Origin: an uncultured Planctomycetia bacterium
GTDB lineage: Bacteria; Omnitrophota; Gorgyraeia; Tantalellales; Tantalellaceae
Assembly (NCBI GenBank): GCA_964431495.1
Contig: CAYSJU010000001.1
Span: 31,574-95,573, forward strand
DNA length: 64,000 nucleotides
Direction: 5' to 3'
Shown here: in pieces, positions 24,001-26,558 of the stretch
How the letters are laid out: each line of letters begins with the position of its first letter
Position numbering within the stretch: the first letter of the stretch is position 1
Position numbers and translations under genes: made by a program
The notes under the pieces: model-generated
Told to the model about the DNA's origin: nothing
The model's database searches: none
Seen by the model: only the letters and a program-made list of their open reading frames with translations

Positions 24001-26374
24001 CGTATTACAGCTTCAGATCATGACATTTGTTGATACGGTAAATGACATTAAAAATACTCTGAAAATGGATTCCGTGTTCAATCTTAATCCTGATATAGAC
24101 GTGACCTTTGGACTTGCCGCCGCATACCTTGACATGATCTCCGGTAACGGGGCAGGAGCAACCGCTGTTTTGCGTTCCATTAATCCAAGAAGTGACGAGG
24201 ACAGGGCAGAATTCGTCTTTGCCAAGATGCGTATGCAATTGGCGGCTGGTGAAACGGATAGCGCTGAATATTCCCTGAAAATAATGGGAGCATTGGATCC
24301 TGGCATGACGCCTTCCGCAAGGATGTTGATCGCTGAAAAATATCTGGAACTCGGAAAGAAGGCTCGAGGAGGTAGCAGGGAACAAAGACAATATCTCGAA
24401 AGAGCCGTGTCTTTATGGCCTAAATTCCTGGAAGCACATGTGGCTCTTGCGATCTTATACGCCAAAGTAAAAGACACGGCAGCAAGGCGGGAGGAGGACC
24501 GGTTCATCGCCCGTATAAGAACGGATATTGCTGAGGAAAGAAATTTAAGCCCCGTGCAAATGAGATGGGACAGGGGAGAAGAGGCAAGGAAGCACCTGAT
24601 AAAAGCTCCGGTTCTTGAAAGGCTGACATATTTCGGTATACCGGTAGGGGTAACGTTATTAGCGGGATTCAGGGGCATCAGCAGCATATGGGCGCTTCTC
24701 GGAATTGTCCCCATGGGGACGATATTCGGAGTATTTTTTGCGATAATGCAGATACCGTTTATTGTGAAGTTTATACAGGAACATAGGGGTGAAAGAAGAA
24801 TGGCATGGATGGTATCTCTTGGAAGCTTTGCCCTGCCGTTACTGGTGTTATTCGCTCCTTTTGATCTGGCCCCTGCGGCCCTTATCGGAATAGCAATTGG
24901 TTTTCACGCGTTTGCCAATTTAACGGTATTCACATTGAACACGATTACAAGGAGACAGATCTTCAATTACGCGACAAAAGAGGTCGGGTTGCCCGGACTG
25001 CTTCCCGAGATGCCGCTCCCGCCTCCGGTAGAAGCTGTTCCTTCCGTGGCTGTTGTAGGTGTTGTGGAAGGTGATGAAGATGAGATGGAACGGTTGAGTG
25101 GGGAATATCCTGATATTCGATTTATTTCGATAAAAGAAGGAGGCGAAGCGGGAATAAAACAAATGGAAACTGTAATGGGTCCGGTAACAAGGTTCCTTGT
25201 TGATATGACCCCCGAAGATGTGCTTGAGAATATGGACAAGATTGTTGAACAGGCCCAGAGGCAGTCTTTTGTGGACATGTATCCGTATCTGGCGGGTCTG
25301 GATGCCCGGTCCATCAGGAACCTGGACAAGACGGACCTTGAAGGGGCGATGCAGGTAGTAAGTGTGTCAATGCCGCAAGAAAGACCCATGGAAGAAGGTG
25401 TCCTGGGATCGCTTTATGCGGCTTACATCTCCGGCGTGGCGCCTGATACGGCTCTGCCCGCGGGTATTGCCCCGGGAGATCAGGAAGCCTGGGTCAGGGA
25501 GAACGTCCGGGCGCTTAAAGATTATGAAGAGACTCAAAGCATGGGATTGCCGGTTGAAGCGCCTGAAAAGAAACTGCTTGCCTTACACGCCGGATTGGAT
25601 GATTTTCTGCGGGATAGATCCAGGGATGATATAAACAGGATACTCATGCGCCATGAAGGCATCGCCATGGCTCAAGGCATGGAGGATGAAGTCGTGGGAC
25701 TCATGTCTGAATTCAGAAATGCCGGTCTCATCCCAAAAGAGGCGCCTCAGTCCATAGTGATCGATGCCAGGAAAGATTCGGGGTTTAGACTTGAATACAT
25801 GGTGCCGGCTCTCCTGGATTTTGCCGGGAAAGCCCCGCTTTTGCATATAACCGTGATAACAGAACCCGGTGTTGATCTGACCGAATTCATCCCCGGGGCA
25901 GAGATGCCGGATAACCTTTCCCAGATGGACAGGATTCTGGAAGAGGTGCCTTTGTCGGAGCAGGTCAAGGGGCACCTGGAAGATATGGGCAAGGATATAC
26001 CTTTGCCTTCGGTTTCAATAGCCACAGGTGAATTTATGACGGACAAGATCATAATCAATGTAAAAGATGCCGGGACCCAAGGCGCGAACTTTGTCATAGC
26101 CGGTGAAGAGATGCTGGCGCCTGATGACGAGGCCGCGAAAAGGATACACCGCCTTATACCCGCGATAGCGGCCATGAACCTTTTAAGGCGGGCGGCGGAT
26201 GAACGCAAGGCTCCCAGCATAGTGGCTATGGGATGCGGAGAAGATACGATAAACGATATCATGACGCGCCTCAAGGACGTTCTTCATACACTGGTCAGGA
26301 TAGCGAGACTTGATATCGGTGAGGCTGTAAGAGCGTTTATCGACAGCTTGCATGAAGTTGCGGCTGCCGTATAA
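2..26374 (+). CDS. Giant multi-domain membrane-associated protein, truncated at the 5' window edge (8,791 codons in window). Contains a SecA-like motor, TPR/helical arrays, charged spacers, TM clusters and a C-terminal alpha/beta domain.
   Basis: One reading frame with no stop from nt 2 to TAA at 26372-26374. The frame is open upstream of the first ATG (nt 32), and that ATG has no Shine-Dalgarno, so the true start probably lies before the window. Recognisable motifs are listed in the sub-features. Confidence 0.9.
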   Translation, partial: TFDEASLRADMIQEENKDADFERGGGIVTFDEDHVPAAIAEEEGLALPLSEDADLAQIENDLKRTAFQLRAGEIESDSVEDIYGCYTGRNVEAPQKSGIVNKLIEKALSLRTPGVYLIRAPPNLFFAVRVNRHGEVDLFKIDTLFSGSNDEIQGKFAGIIEEAGREAAAVRKSGEKVDAGRQQFGFEVINTLYGHDNAGSVIAVISHHITDIFKKDQDISGKELVRELADRMNGVFGIENGFRTVVTASHVREQDAESRAETTGRDFASTMLERANELLEARDVVLEGSRIEGNLIKDDTDYSAPEVEKAIRENISLEETYQMERGEEVLARADARLMKKAEGFLAAVEERISAKEPVWAYEERGGGISDRGARFTHEEINSGIRGLFDRFRRVFGVFVLEDMGLVIGNDRLGMPVYDLEGLRGLLESRTEQRKELSDVEIRLVNGRLVVIADNIYTHCGRRSGQVWIDRKDLKAKRVELKSKHGLADGESEGMALEALIRHEQGERDSLLAQARQHFLRETGRDTASDKEIVEWIEDEENVSDQKFNIWLKTAHEDAKKTEKRYVRVQLARVPGYDELKEMPVEVMGRIIVRLEKAGNIEGAGSIVDTLLELHESGELRGAWTEADISRFNSVQRRLAYQIEVMRQLKALPDLDRLEEMSINEFGALIGRLERQRDFEAAEMVAGVLLGLHDRGELRGEWVEADIRLYRNRKKRFGYRNKLELARAAVGRVITRARHEEFHEKQGYREILLEIGKEIGAPFDGERYDFRTALREAEDGRIRIERADGTITEIYETEDGILVIMDTRIDVGHAGRTQLAVYANHTGNQAQAAHELAELRGWIDFAVVQGLAAKDDILTRRVDLGGLLMGYMRDEANFYRAMDQVERLHQEGLRAEAEAQGLRYMAPAEITGALVTFESGVDYDFIIASTLGDEAELEGMGLRVQESSDELRGALTRARGLLRAVNELTEETDKLAKADELVEVARLVRDRAARALENVSEYAAFAARIAEATAGDRVSAIARVADELARNAQSYIAFDHEYVQEAEESARAGNIDSLVRAVSNLISGVTFSSGAIRVALAVTEAESAGEVAAIVLRAAANKAVDHDFTEAGRYARAAAEIAGEGYIAEKADELATVAAEAQSELVDELAGKAVGAGNIEKAAQMGNIIRFDPAIIGKMRVARAIKEEVEEEAPPKAEEEVPVEEEVEEEVPAEEEVAPEEEGKSQLESADRDIRIAVEQAKDGDAVAAEKSVKDAFEAWSSAAENFLKAATAAKERNNANAARAYTVRAAEVWAVAAEKLKEASSETWDVFHERFSGATPVTRSVIDRIGRFAYNASDYQARALGKALGFFEQIAAERAETKDAVSAVKFARRATDICVSLATQEKFAVEFIAFLVKDIDISAEMAATINEQAQSVKAAAAKAAEDAAKYWEDIDNAAEKIFFRRDAMEARAAAEKTDALVRKVADFAEKTVAAKDRKAKEEERDRTRIAVAREKADKALGEIEGLIAEAQAKADEAAIKAAAKIGAPEEAVADATAGVYSEGIAQVNTFKFLIKGSAEIAAKAATVKEAEDAAKAAAKSVELAVKFNNVAESVDDAKTLFEKVVALAQAAADFVKIAELPMVTVCAELAAEFAQATGVSVDGSENHVSGVGDLLNNIAMYARQGDAEKAERNAVAAVRRLRKAAAGKEAERAREKAPPVEGVGAEKAREEAARKEAEAEAARAKAEKATEEIEKAWEEADWKQAEAEAAWMKAEAETLREEAFRKGEEAEPARAEADRKGTEAEAAGEEADRKEEEARKAREEASRKEAESEALEEITRIFIDKTLNRANRISELSEIATRSEKVLLRRYARRALGRILDRKYTDIDFVLEIEPGTILSVYNGINRESREPGAVEDIRILDAIMESCFLEDRDSDLFINALDITERNIETVCDILSDDITYLKTEIQTLGRAPVIDLEAQTEAVNDLRKQIAAKKAVLDSMVKRQFQLREYRDLREEDRFRDFLQSLDMEALSAEGITDKAQFIDYLRVKALEQGYTQNEITSLLENHAIMGSENLVEFIATLGNLAEENSAIQYFILALSASGENYLKDLGIGNKADLITYLQEKAMERGDSGTDITTLMESYIESGSESLEELLSMLNAFPGARDTYVLRGVQTLIEGRLSDIISLETQNLESLNTRCIDLRNSIPWGEVPFAPGQDTMEFEWEGSKVLVTRKQVDEYRERIKSSGAKTVERQVTQLEVAVATISSRARNILRRTGNATFRRRIVNKAEGSVKEVLKEWHKYLEGKISERDLDILERAMDKFKLVDADRTISMFTQATNSLLADVNTISRAEGISEFTSWLLFKMNEILDPASESGVVKEISDVEKGAVRKTVQDRFNELVEELLGAEVDPSIIGRIRENTDEIKDEIDGDNRIGRLTVLTKEMTDTIKSIAYGKQGMELMEAVLRSKIGDNVTKENIGRVMTALGITGKELEMCQVHILEKEKIEDRFERFAEFILQLMFTGAVSADRLREVFGQEAADGVIKEASKGIMLGERLREKVKELEGRLQKNFQDKNTRMEFAAAYQLGAILTFGNAPFVEQIITGLDMADDFFVDMATGAGKTLAYPLANMLGRCRGLKNIHFVTHDYYTERDYRETHFLYQVMGYNVSYQRGDQRDLGEAAKRLEDNDVVIMSYGTCSFTCLDGVRDRTRPESAKWFDLLAKTRLTFDECDVAPRLADFIMAAAQNKLTVREFMRYHVLMETSKRLYDEGGIKEIYSLLEDNITRVKQGETDETEQLEKLGSMLGIEKEDVEFDSAGDLVIKSVTDGKEYTLPAVRRKAELIDVNGTKFGVKYSDRDGFVISRMEWVGHADLSEGEIKKRIEDAGKKGRRLSRRQAIEELSKEATERSGVKIDLTSRTANAGEETRSRVEGIMKEMSFSLSEMFPELAEKTPTWDEFLDTVKAMYVDDEGVDYILKYRPKLGAQPIKVLEEEGVLKMTQEDKIIKEPEFKVEVQHNGSYKVVYKGIFIALLNDEFFKGKGDDEMVLAMGDKRYAVAKGDTGGYVFTESGMEVVLLDRETGREQGGQRKDRFHTLYELKHQKRPGDRPEARGDNKSTEYLSFTDVARFAHSYGGASGSVSTAADVMLKIFEKAKGVKKLTPQFAKKGAEKMPVFVTSNKAQWKVTLNRLKEIYTASPGASVIVYFDDIKQAREFEEELGKMIKETGLEKDAGGEIKVNVFGEEGIKEVELVEKAGKPNTITLADSKLGRATNVELSEKVGFVVRNSAEALEEFLTGKKRGETGRDTLTIEEKGEISNTVARLVELLAGMEYIEEEDRWDEGLFFKTDVAERAKKREEIENFLRDLGAGPGSMVWQTIKHKYFDGLFLVDLSPDGSLQGMVQKFGRNRRQGDIGFVDSFYSLQEGSKFFRLVEEAYNPSHNLHRTERERKEGLVKFNEFLDRKNRIGELEEHVFDENGHYLEGIDEGIFMEWCELQQYFMAFMRDVRVEHQKRADEQRVRKNESDKKTQKYLDLVRDLPVDIYEKMDKNPEEARRIVEDRLTAIQDEHFTLDKVDDDGWLDLEEFLGVVEEHFHINLEDKARFSQARLKERNVKELLFLREQFRRALMDVILSVGSVTGRAGEPVALNTGNIFYTFMLDPTTGDLEVNSVQQLLPDGNRQEILEKRDDGTIKIGEAVFTSGFMEDGSFALFDISGRPVNRFFIEPYVDRTGAEAGFRITQAGAFVSAIKALYVEGLDRLKMKLIREARYKGGEVTETDISETGLAAAAIEVSRERYIDKRDKTAEYDSPEAQPIIRDATETIHGSLDKLGKRLAEQDKAVDELAVENLEKEKQWDSIKLARSVRRSTRKADEEVASRVRDAGVITVQEEAQEARLDETAAITAQSIYSVSRTNELVAALEGITGVEIREGEVKRRDERDRKDMQMEYTREQEERIEAALEYQERISSQHRQKLERGEGSVIGDRVFVTVDKPEGQTISDAEVEQCFSVGAAPSGAGGAEAPPEPGIIMVASARELQGLSDEDKRQLANELDNRFGKAGETIAVAFNSLSEGEFDEDEETARFSFSGLRVFDRASMSSLRAERESLRDSTEKEKHVLTQEKLEKKLELSPEDKDEKVFIKKVGTSNFMVIVADDGTTYVRDLGKDVLPQTKREVVRANAVLSGKDRESRKAGLRADEYIVNESGVFVRMEGVPGAPGSDKPPVPLFDVLVDINLTGKEEIGERLPLTKETGRPEMRGVWSQTRRRGRGVGNAIKGVFVRFGRRALTAKEWIDYRVDLVYRSHGFFRSLLPAVPKVIISRFIIGIPKFMFKDTRRRFGLWRERRKAAYKRKASRLEQKWRRGELFHRLDYRLNKIKKDPSAGKIKKGFASVGSWILRASFKKTYYWIRTGAGNAFLAISIVFVLRVAFWELPKGILKLIFVLPVRKFRGWLKKRKEMKEPELESEDVIRSRLPQIVQEGTITEERAVEEAQKLTGAELQVPETHSVRVRRIAELLQYLSQEGLDRSDPEYEAACREIGQILFDMAEDAEKIGTDLWKERARELRLNAFNYMSIAAALDKKDMTATALLGIILHSMGDDGKAKKLLEKAVKKGVPQDANMTMACVVLGKMLEDEADKSKDREDYKKAARVYQKARMSDVTLLGEDISITEAKARCLENAKKKAKEEEKKPSAGQQMKKMLGESFKLNKLMGSKRQRIIAGVLAGTVVIIAIFAPGLLLAVASTLGGVKLPVLSWGLAQIASPLLILAEAGGIVAKLFALSKVAFSFTMIIRLSTGAGRRVYGIFTNPLAIRRMVRTERQAMKRAPGQAEPRIGLIKVYESMDKTSKAARQVNRTSKKIRKGKMSPEESAKFIEFLFERSKKEKEEKEEEEEMGFPGFPGTPGLGAVRRKPKAEEMKKEEASKEEKQREKERETAEYLFRAVYASAETPEDRAKAYLLRGRLALRSEPPEVVRMRDGPEDFVDIAVYSADQIVDRVDELESKSAATAEESQELEKLRPFVTDALLLRMEALQKRYEKNRTEENGREFLNVLEQLRVLADQMDTEQLERFQTAGIDHKPDEKTSARSYAKSAEEATSIEEAPAIEKKEPAVEEKLFTGDQADRAQREMLEDKLKREKTLLSGERLDLAELYMKEGLYSRAIRQLKKIPRGDDKAALVARMIVLGCLKMKEDPRWFQRLGLIRRFWTFRRAINRLRALGGENTEWADWIASTLYKVRPAGAEEAFEAIAASYMAEPANNDEKVNNELIESGLKAIVGSKRRKVEASRAVENMLAHGSIPDERGPFTELASDNTRKLKETVKKTSKKKLRALVRDLYSIRRKRLERLAAIERKLTPGTDPYEKNRAKRDRLRKEKEKIDRELGPIELDILNRTALLVGANKESPGAVSEISEHGELKYFIRALAGGHEHVSDLMKKLDHIEEGVGKDFLHVLLVDAWLEDRFGQAYDNDKNKPSGVVADRDQLMMHFSVLLSIYGQSENKVLRDIIRSALENISGYDIYGTWDGRKFGRSPVVSDAIESLGEVQEEGIKGLVAEMNEKQGAKNLNEGRSLESKAKEEKDALKRSGLTNKAKRQLGSAMVHLENSMEYYRERLEERGIDRDQRKKALEPIRGLIEAWYGRDAANAVIKVMEEAISEEEDEDELIKRMEPVLDKITFVGTDKDLVKKLLPGLSLKDLITLMNNCGNILSYDEKMTQILARGAGYDMEEWDMAIDAVKDLLGNIDVDDLVKARLDVDIRMNAVQVPVPGDDPEILSEWIILIAGLIKKKKETGLDTTNEMETYEVLKEKLITVLKKRRDREETDEINGALREAGSLISAAEAYEALGEYGKAEEALGKARDMINDLFERNMQLQYEGEELLPEEVMEKCKDKATELAGKLKGVYYRQGKYFDAMMTVARGQKLLAEYTFTVDGVEKEADAQRYINKARETLNNADRLNPYQPDVKLEMMEVDMLRLTIARREVEEAQKKEDEEKEKKEELEKKIEELTEKQEKLEEDLAIVRNRAQAEVVLLAAKGITGDENASQNKRQKKLDEIKRPLTEVLKDIESSKEELVDVEAELTDLEERRGSQEGQERDTIAVQSTDIASAVNRAFECIVDGKYDTDNDNVKKAVEFLSSLSPFEELPHEAQDAIVSNIALLQRYERALEISDKAEGVKRRAFITRLLLDLHFKGDHDMLMGKAKVEFMGNKPSGTLIALEQIDGGYEGLGEKIEVTEFLDYISEKMPEEGRGELINTLYGLLETVDGTQDPVLRAGITRNIYNLIDLETDQDLTSEENFTEEGTFKDEKREIIIKKSLTELLKEKEINEAIAGTEGFLEDLLSIFETLKKDEKDWKQMGWQDQIEFLMDFFVEKEQPEDLVEKMEQANRMKLYDVMERTEDVERRKAAIEQILRQEVDVLPESRNNDFIKGKAYELMSLDKESALAGYFLGVAAYQSGRRTKEGEAKRQEGYSRADAIERLKKYLEKNKDDEQALLFLADIYEARHDEMFAENRNKEGYDPEASRHFDELSGHFINKYDEKIKEKDEPAAAEALSEALKYIDLAIICDPRNSGFRIKQAGIFKKMGEDEAAAREAETIIEVSVEKPLFAPIVTVEDKKEANTLLADIRISEGDLRGVQDMLEGRMNRVTRMGKTALAAAVILAAAGFPLGGLVLGSIAVLAAIISHITLIRIPAGIAARLALIHMRLGDRGRTGRYMRRMRRRIEKQGEKVDADTLGILADELQTWAGAPERPDKDRYVVYGEIVDLREMRKESPAVSEDEENKRIAGLKMEQARMERPLGLRRREKRRQDHLENRKGLLNAAKEADPDLSDEADQMLMAINNKEIERLERQQRRFQRVRNRRFVRRFFHDVAENIIPLYLDNAGLLVELFEKESDPASLSDLRGQAYDALTFAREIAERDRKDLPEEHGKLMARIFVSLGDENRGRREYDTALSDYDLAIEQDDNNAKAHLGIALALKEQGADPELIAEHLDKALELEPSLDEPGAENFEGLVELYNSLGKHDMAEAAAERIEARFLKAKKEELGKKAKQARKKSEAPQLEDVVQTGVEIERLRKEIEEKEEIVAALPDGDKGEPYYTYAENDLELDKAELKAREEDLGNNMTRFKELVNKGEVFNAVIGNMRGQPLDEAMEQLSVFHDLLKKQNLLSAKNISDPVDLALAERYEQKGDLEKAEEHLKPVLEAVPSTLGHVKANLVIKAYLLHAKVLVRTDKETRFEDAVDSLSRAAGWISGLNENFKDRRLVSDAFDSFKDVLRSLEEAGLSFDVYMKYRDNLFDIFEQLSVLGEDADAARLAADAALKNITDRSRGFIGNALFDKRIKDVLKAPFLQAILDAIPRDRTVLNKLQGLQEHLEMVLDSRDNDLRVRANLIMGLLTGRGRKARNLIKEAVTADESLKNTALVVRGLARTYILYFPRNIALRSRARKMEKQTAGEFVRRGNNDFDKEKHHGAIRNYEKAIDLDSSLKENKDIKEKLSKAYEEDKGTLMSRFRRLFWRKEKKLLLGTDLLRKALEFATDEDRKPAVRNSLISNLTALSTLMTTRFVNMRSAEQRKKWQDFQARMSDINTEIGKLHADNMILHQEKKHSAEAEASFNNAKGALTMAVKFNPENMEARNGLERLGEEVPAEETAEQLIRKARDKVKEGEFEEALSLLDEAVEKDKDKESEVKDDKGNIEEVNKITDAILDYFMRKAYIAEYAGLSDTNDPDGSKRKGIQNRFMRELSGNFQNRQETGSNIFEEWFRLSDREDVTRGSELRQFADMSIRGAGEEKPAIKPGIRDMFFHRGLIMAERLVGERNTAKALHLLALLRGIRTSKKAQLLAATCNIMRLGDQEKKPLRDLISEAEQEFISVVVSTPEDKAEKSRLALEVGRLFSGRASSLWRDNQKTDRSQARQEAEEYYKAALKLDPSNSEALQGLVNFYGRERVEELFSDDTRPFVIEAIIRSEDMAALGGLFNTTFQGKDGMLDEGRVEVARALFARIDELKDTEGQEIIRLMKAALPVMRGLKLQDPVLQLQIMTFVDTVNDIKNTLKMDSVFNLNPDIDVTFGLAAAYLDMISGNGAGATAVLRSINPRSDEDRAEFVFAKMRMQLAAGETDSAEYSLKIMGALDPGMTPSARMLIAEKYLELGKKARGGSREQRQYLERAVSLWPKFLEAHVALAILYAKVKDTAARREEDRFIARIRTDIAEERNLSPVQMRWDRGEEARKHLIKAPVLERLTYFGIPVGVTLLAGFRGISSIWALLGIVPMGTIFGVFFAIMQIPFIVKFIQEHRGERRMAWMVSLGSFALPLLVLFAPFDLAPAALIGIAIGFHAFANLTVFTLNTITRRQIFNYATKEVGLPGLLPEMPLPPPVEAVPSVAVVGVVEGDEDEMERLSGEYPDIRFISIKEGGEAGIKQMETVMGPVTRFLVDMTPEDVLENMDKIVEQAQRQSFVDMYPYLAGLDARSIRNLDKTDLEGAMQVVSVSMPQERPMEEGVLGSLYAAYISGVAPDTALPAGIAPGDQEAWVRENVRALKDYEETQSMGLPVEAPEKKLLALHAGLDDFLRDRSRDDINRILMRHEGIAMAQGMEDEVVGLMSEFRNAGLIPKEAPQSIVIDARKDSGFRLEYMVPALLDFAGKAPLLHITVITEPGVDLTEFIPGAEMPDNLSQMDRILEEVPLSEQVKGHLEDMGKDIPLPSVSIATGEFMTDKIIINVKDAGTQGANFVIAGEEMLAPDDEAAKRIHRLIPAIAAMNLLRRAADERKAPSIVAMGCGEDTINDIMTRLKDVLHTLVRIARLDIGEAVRAFIDSLHEVAAAV
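7684..10560 (+). other. SecA-like ATPase motor region (NBD1 - PPXD-like insert - NBD2 - helical scaffold) inside the giant ORF
   Basis: Motifs appear in SecA order. They are: FVEQIITGLDMADDFFVDMATGAGKT (Walker A, nt ~7750-7815); VTHDYYTERDY; SYGTCSFTCLDGVRD; LTFDECD (DExD box, nt ~8129-8143); VVLLDRETGREQGGQRKDRFHTLYELKH (nt ~9163-9250); SFTDVARFAHSYGGASGS; TLADSKLGRATNVEL (nt ~9731-9775); GRNRRQGDIGFVDSFYSLQE (nt ~10156-10220). Confidence 0.8.
12848..13270 (+). other. Hydrophobic/basic cluster 1 of the giant protein (putative membrane-inserting or amphipathic segments within an Arg/Lys-rich stretch)
   Basis: FFRSLLPAVPKVIISRFIIGIPKFMF and AFLAISIVFVLRVAFWELPKGILKLIFVLPV sit inside a very basic region (RRRGRG..., RRRFGLWRERRKAAYKRK, KKRKEMK) spanning nt ~12720-13320. 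Confidence 0.55.
14084..14330 (+). other. TM cluster 2 of the giant protein (about 3 hydrophobic helices)
   Basis: IIAGVLAGTVVIIAIFAPGLLLAVASTLGGVKLPVLSWGLAQIASPLLILAEAGGIVAKLFALSKVAFSFTMIIRL. Confidence 0.7.
19859..20020 (+). other. TM cluster 3 of the giant protein (about 2 hydrophobic helices)
   Basis: MGKTALAAAVILAAAGFPLGGLVLGSIAVLAAIISHITLIRIPAGIAARLALIH, followed by an Arg-rich stretch (RLGDRGRTGRYMRRMRRRIEK). Confidence 0.7.
24623..24945 (+). other. TM cluster 4 of the giant protein (about 4 hydrophobic helices)
   Basis: LTYFGIPVGVTLLAGFRGISSIWALLGIVPMGTIFGVFFAIMQIPFIVKFIQEHRGERRMAWMVSLGSFALPLLVLFAPFDLAPAALIGIAIGFHAFANLTVFTL. Confidence 0.7.
25027..26371 (+). other. C-terminal alpha/beta domain(s) of the giant protein. 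It ends in a motif shared with the 1,932-aa and 988-aa proteins.
   Basis: Short hydrophobic strands alternate with helices (VAVVGVVEG, IRFISIKE, LLHITVITE, KIIINVKD, FVIAGEE, SIVAMGCGE). The terminal sequence LKDVLHTLVRIARLDIGEAVRAFIDSLHEVAAAV aligns with the C-termini of the CDSs ending at 42283 and 45499. Confidence 0.6.
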
Positions 26375-26392
26375 AGCGCTTTGTATAAATTT

Positions 26393-26486
26393 ATATCAGG
26401 GAATGTGTCCCCTTTCTCACAAAGAGGATACACTCCCCCGAATCCTCCTGCCAGCCTACGGGCTGAAGGGGACACTTTCCTGATAT
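26393..26486. repeat. Imperfect 94-nt inverted repeat / long hairpin immediately 3' of the giant ORF
   Basis: The arms are ATATCAGGGAATGTGTCCCCTT (26393-26414) and AAGGGGACACTTTCCTGATAT (26466-26486). They are complementary except for a small internal bulge. An inner mini-hairpin CAGCC-TACG-GGCTG is present. Confidence 0.6.
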
Positions 26487-26558
26487 AGATCCCGCGTTCC
26501 CAGGGCAAGTTTACATTTATCAATAACTGTGATATAGTTGTGCCCGGGGATACAGCAT

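Noticed and set aside
2-26374. The giant ORF as several fused or adjacent ordinary genes, or an assembly chimera
   Set aside because: There is no stop codon in 26.4 kb of one frame, which is vanishingly unlikely by chance. Domain order is coherent, with a SecA-like motor in correct motif order. Mis-assembly cannot be excluded without reads, so this remains a required check rather than a firm rejection.
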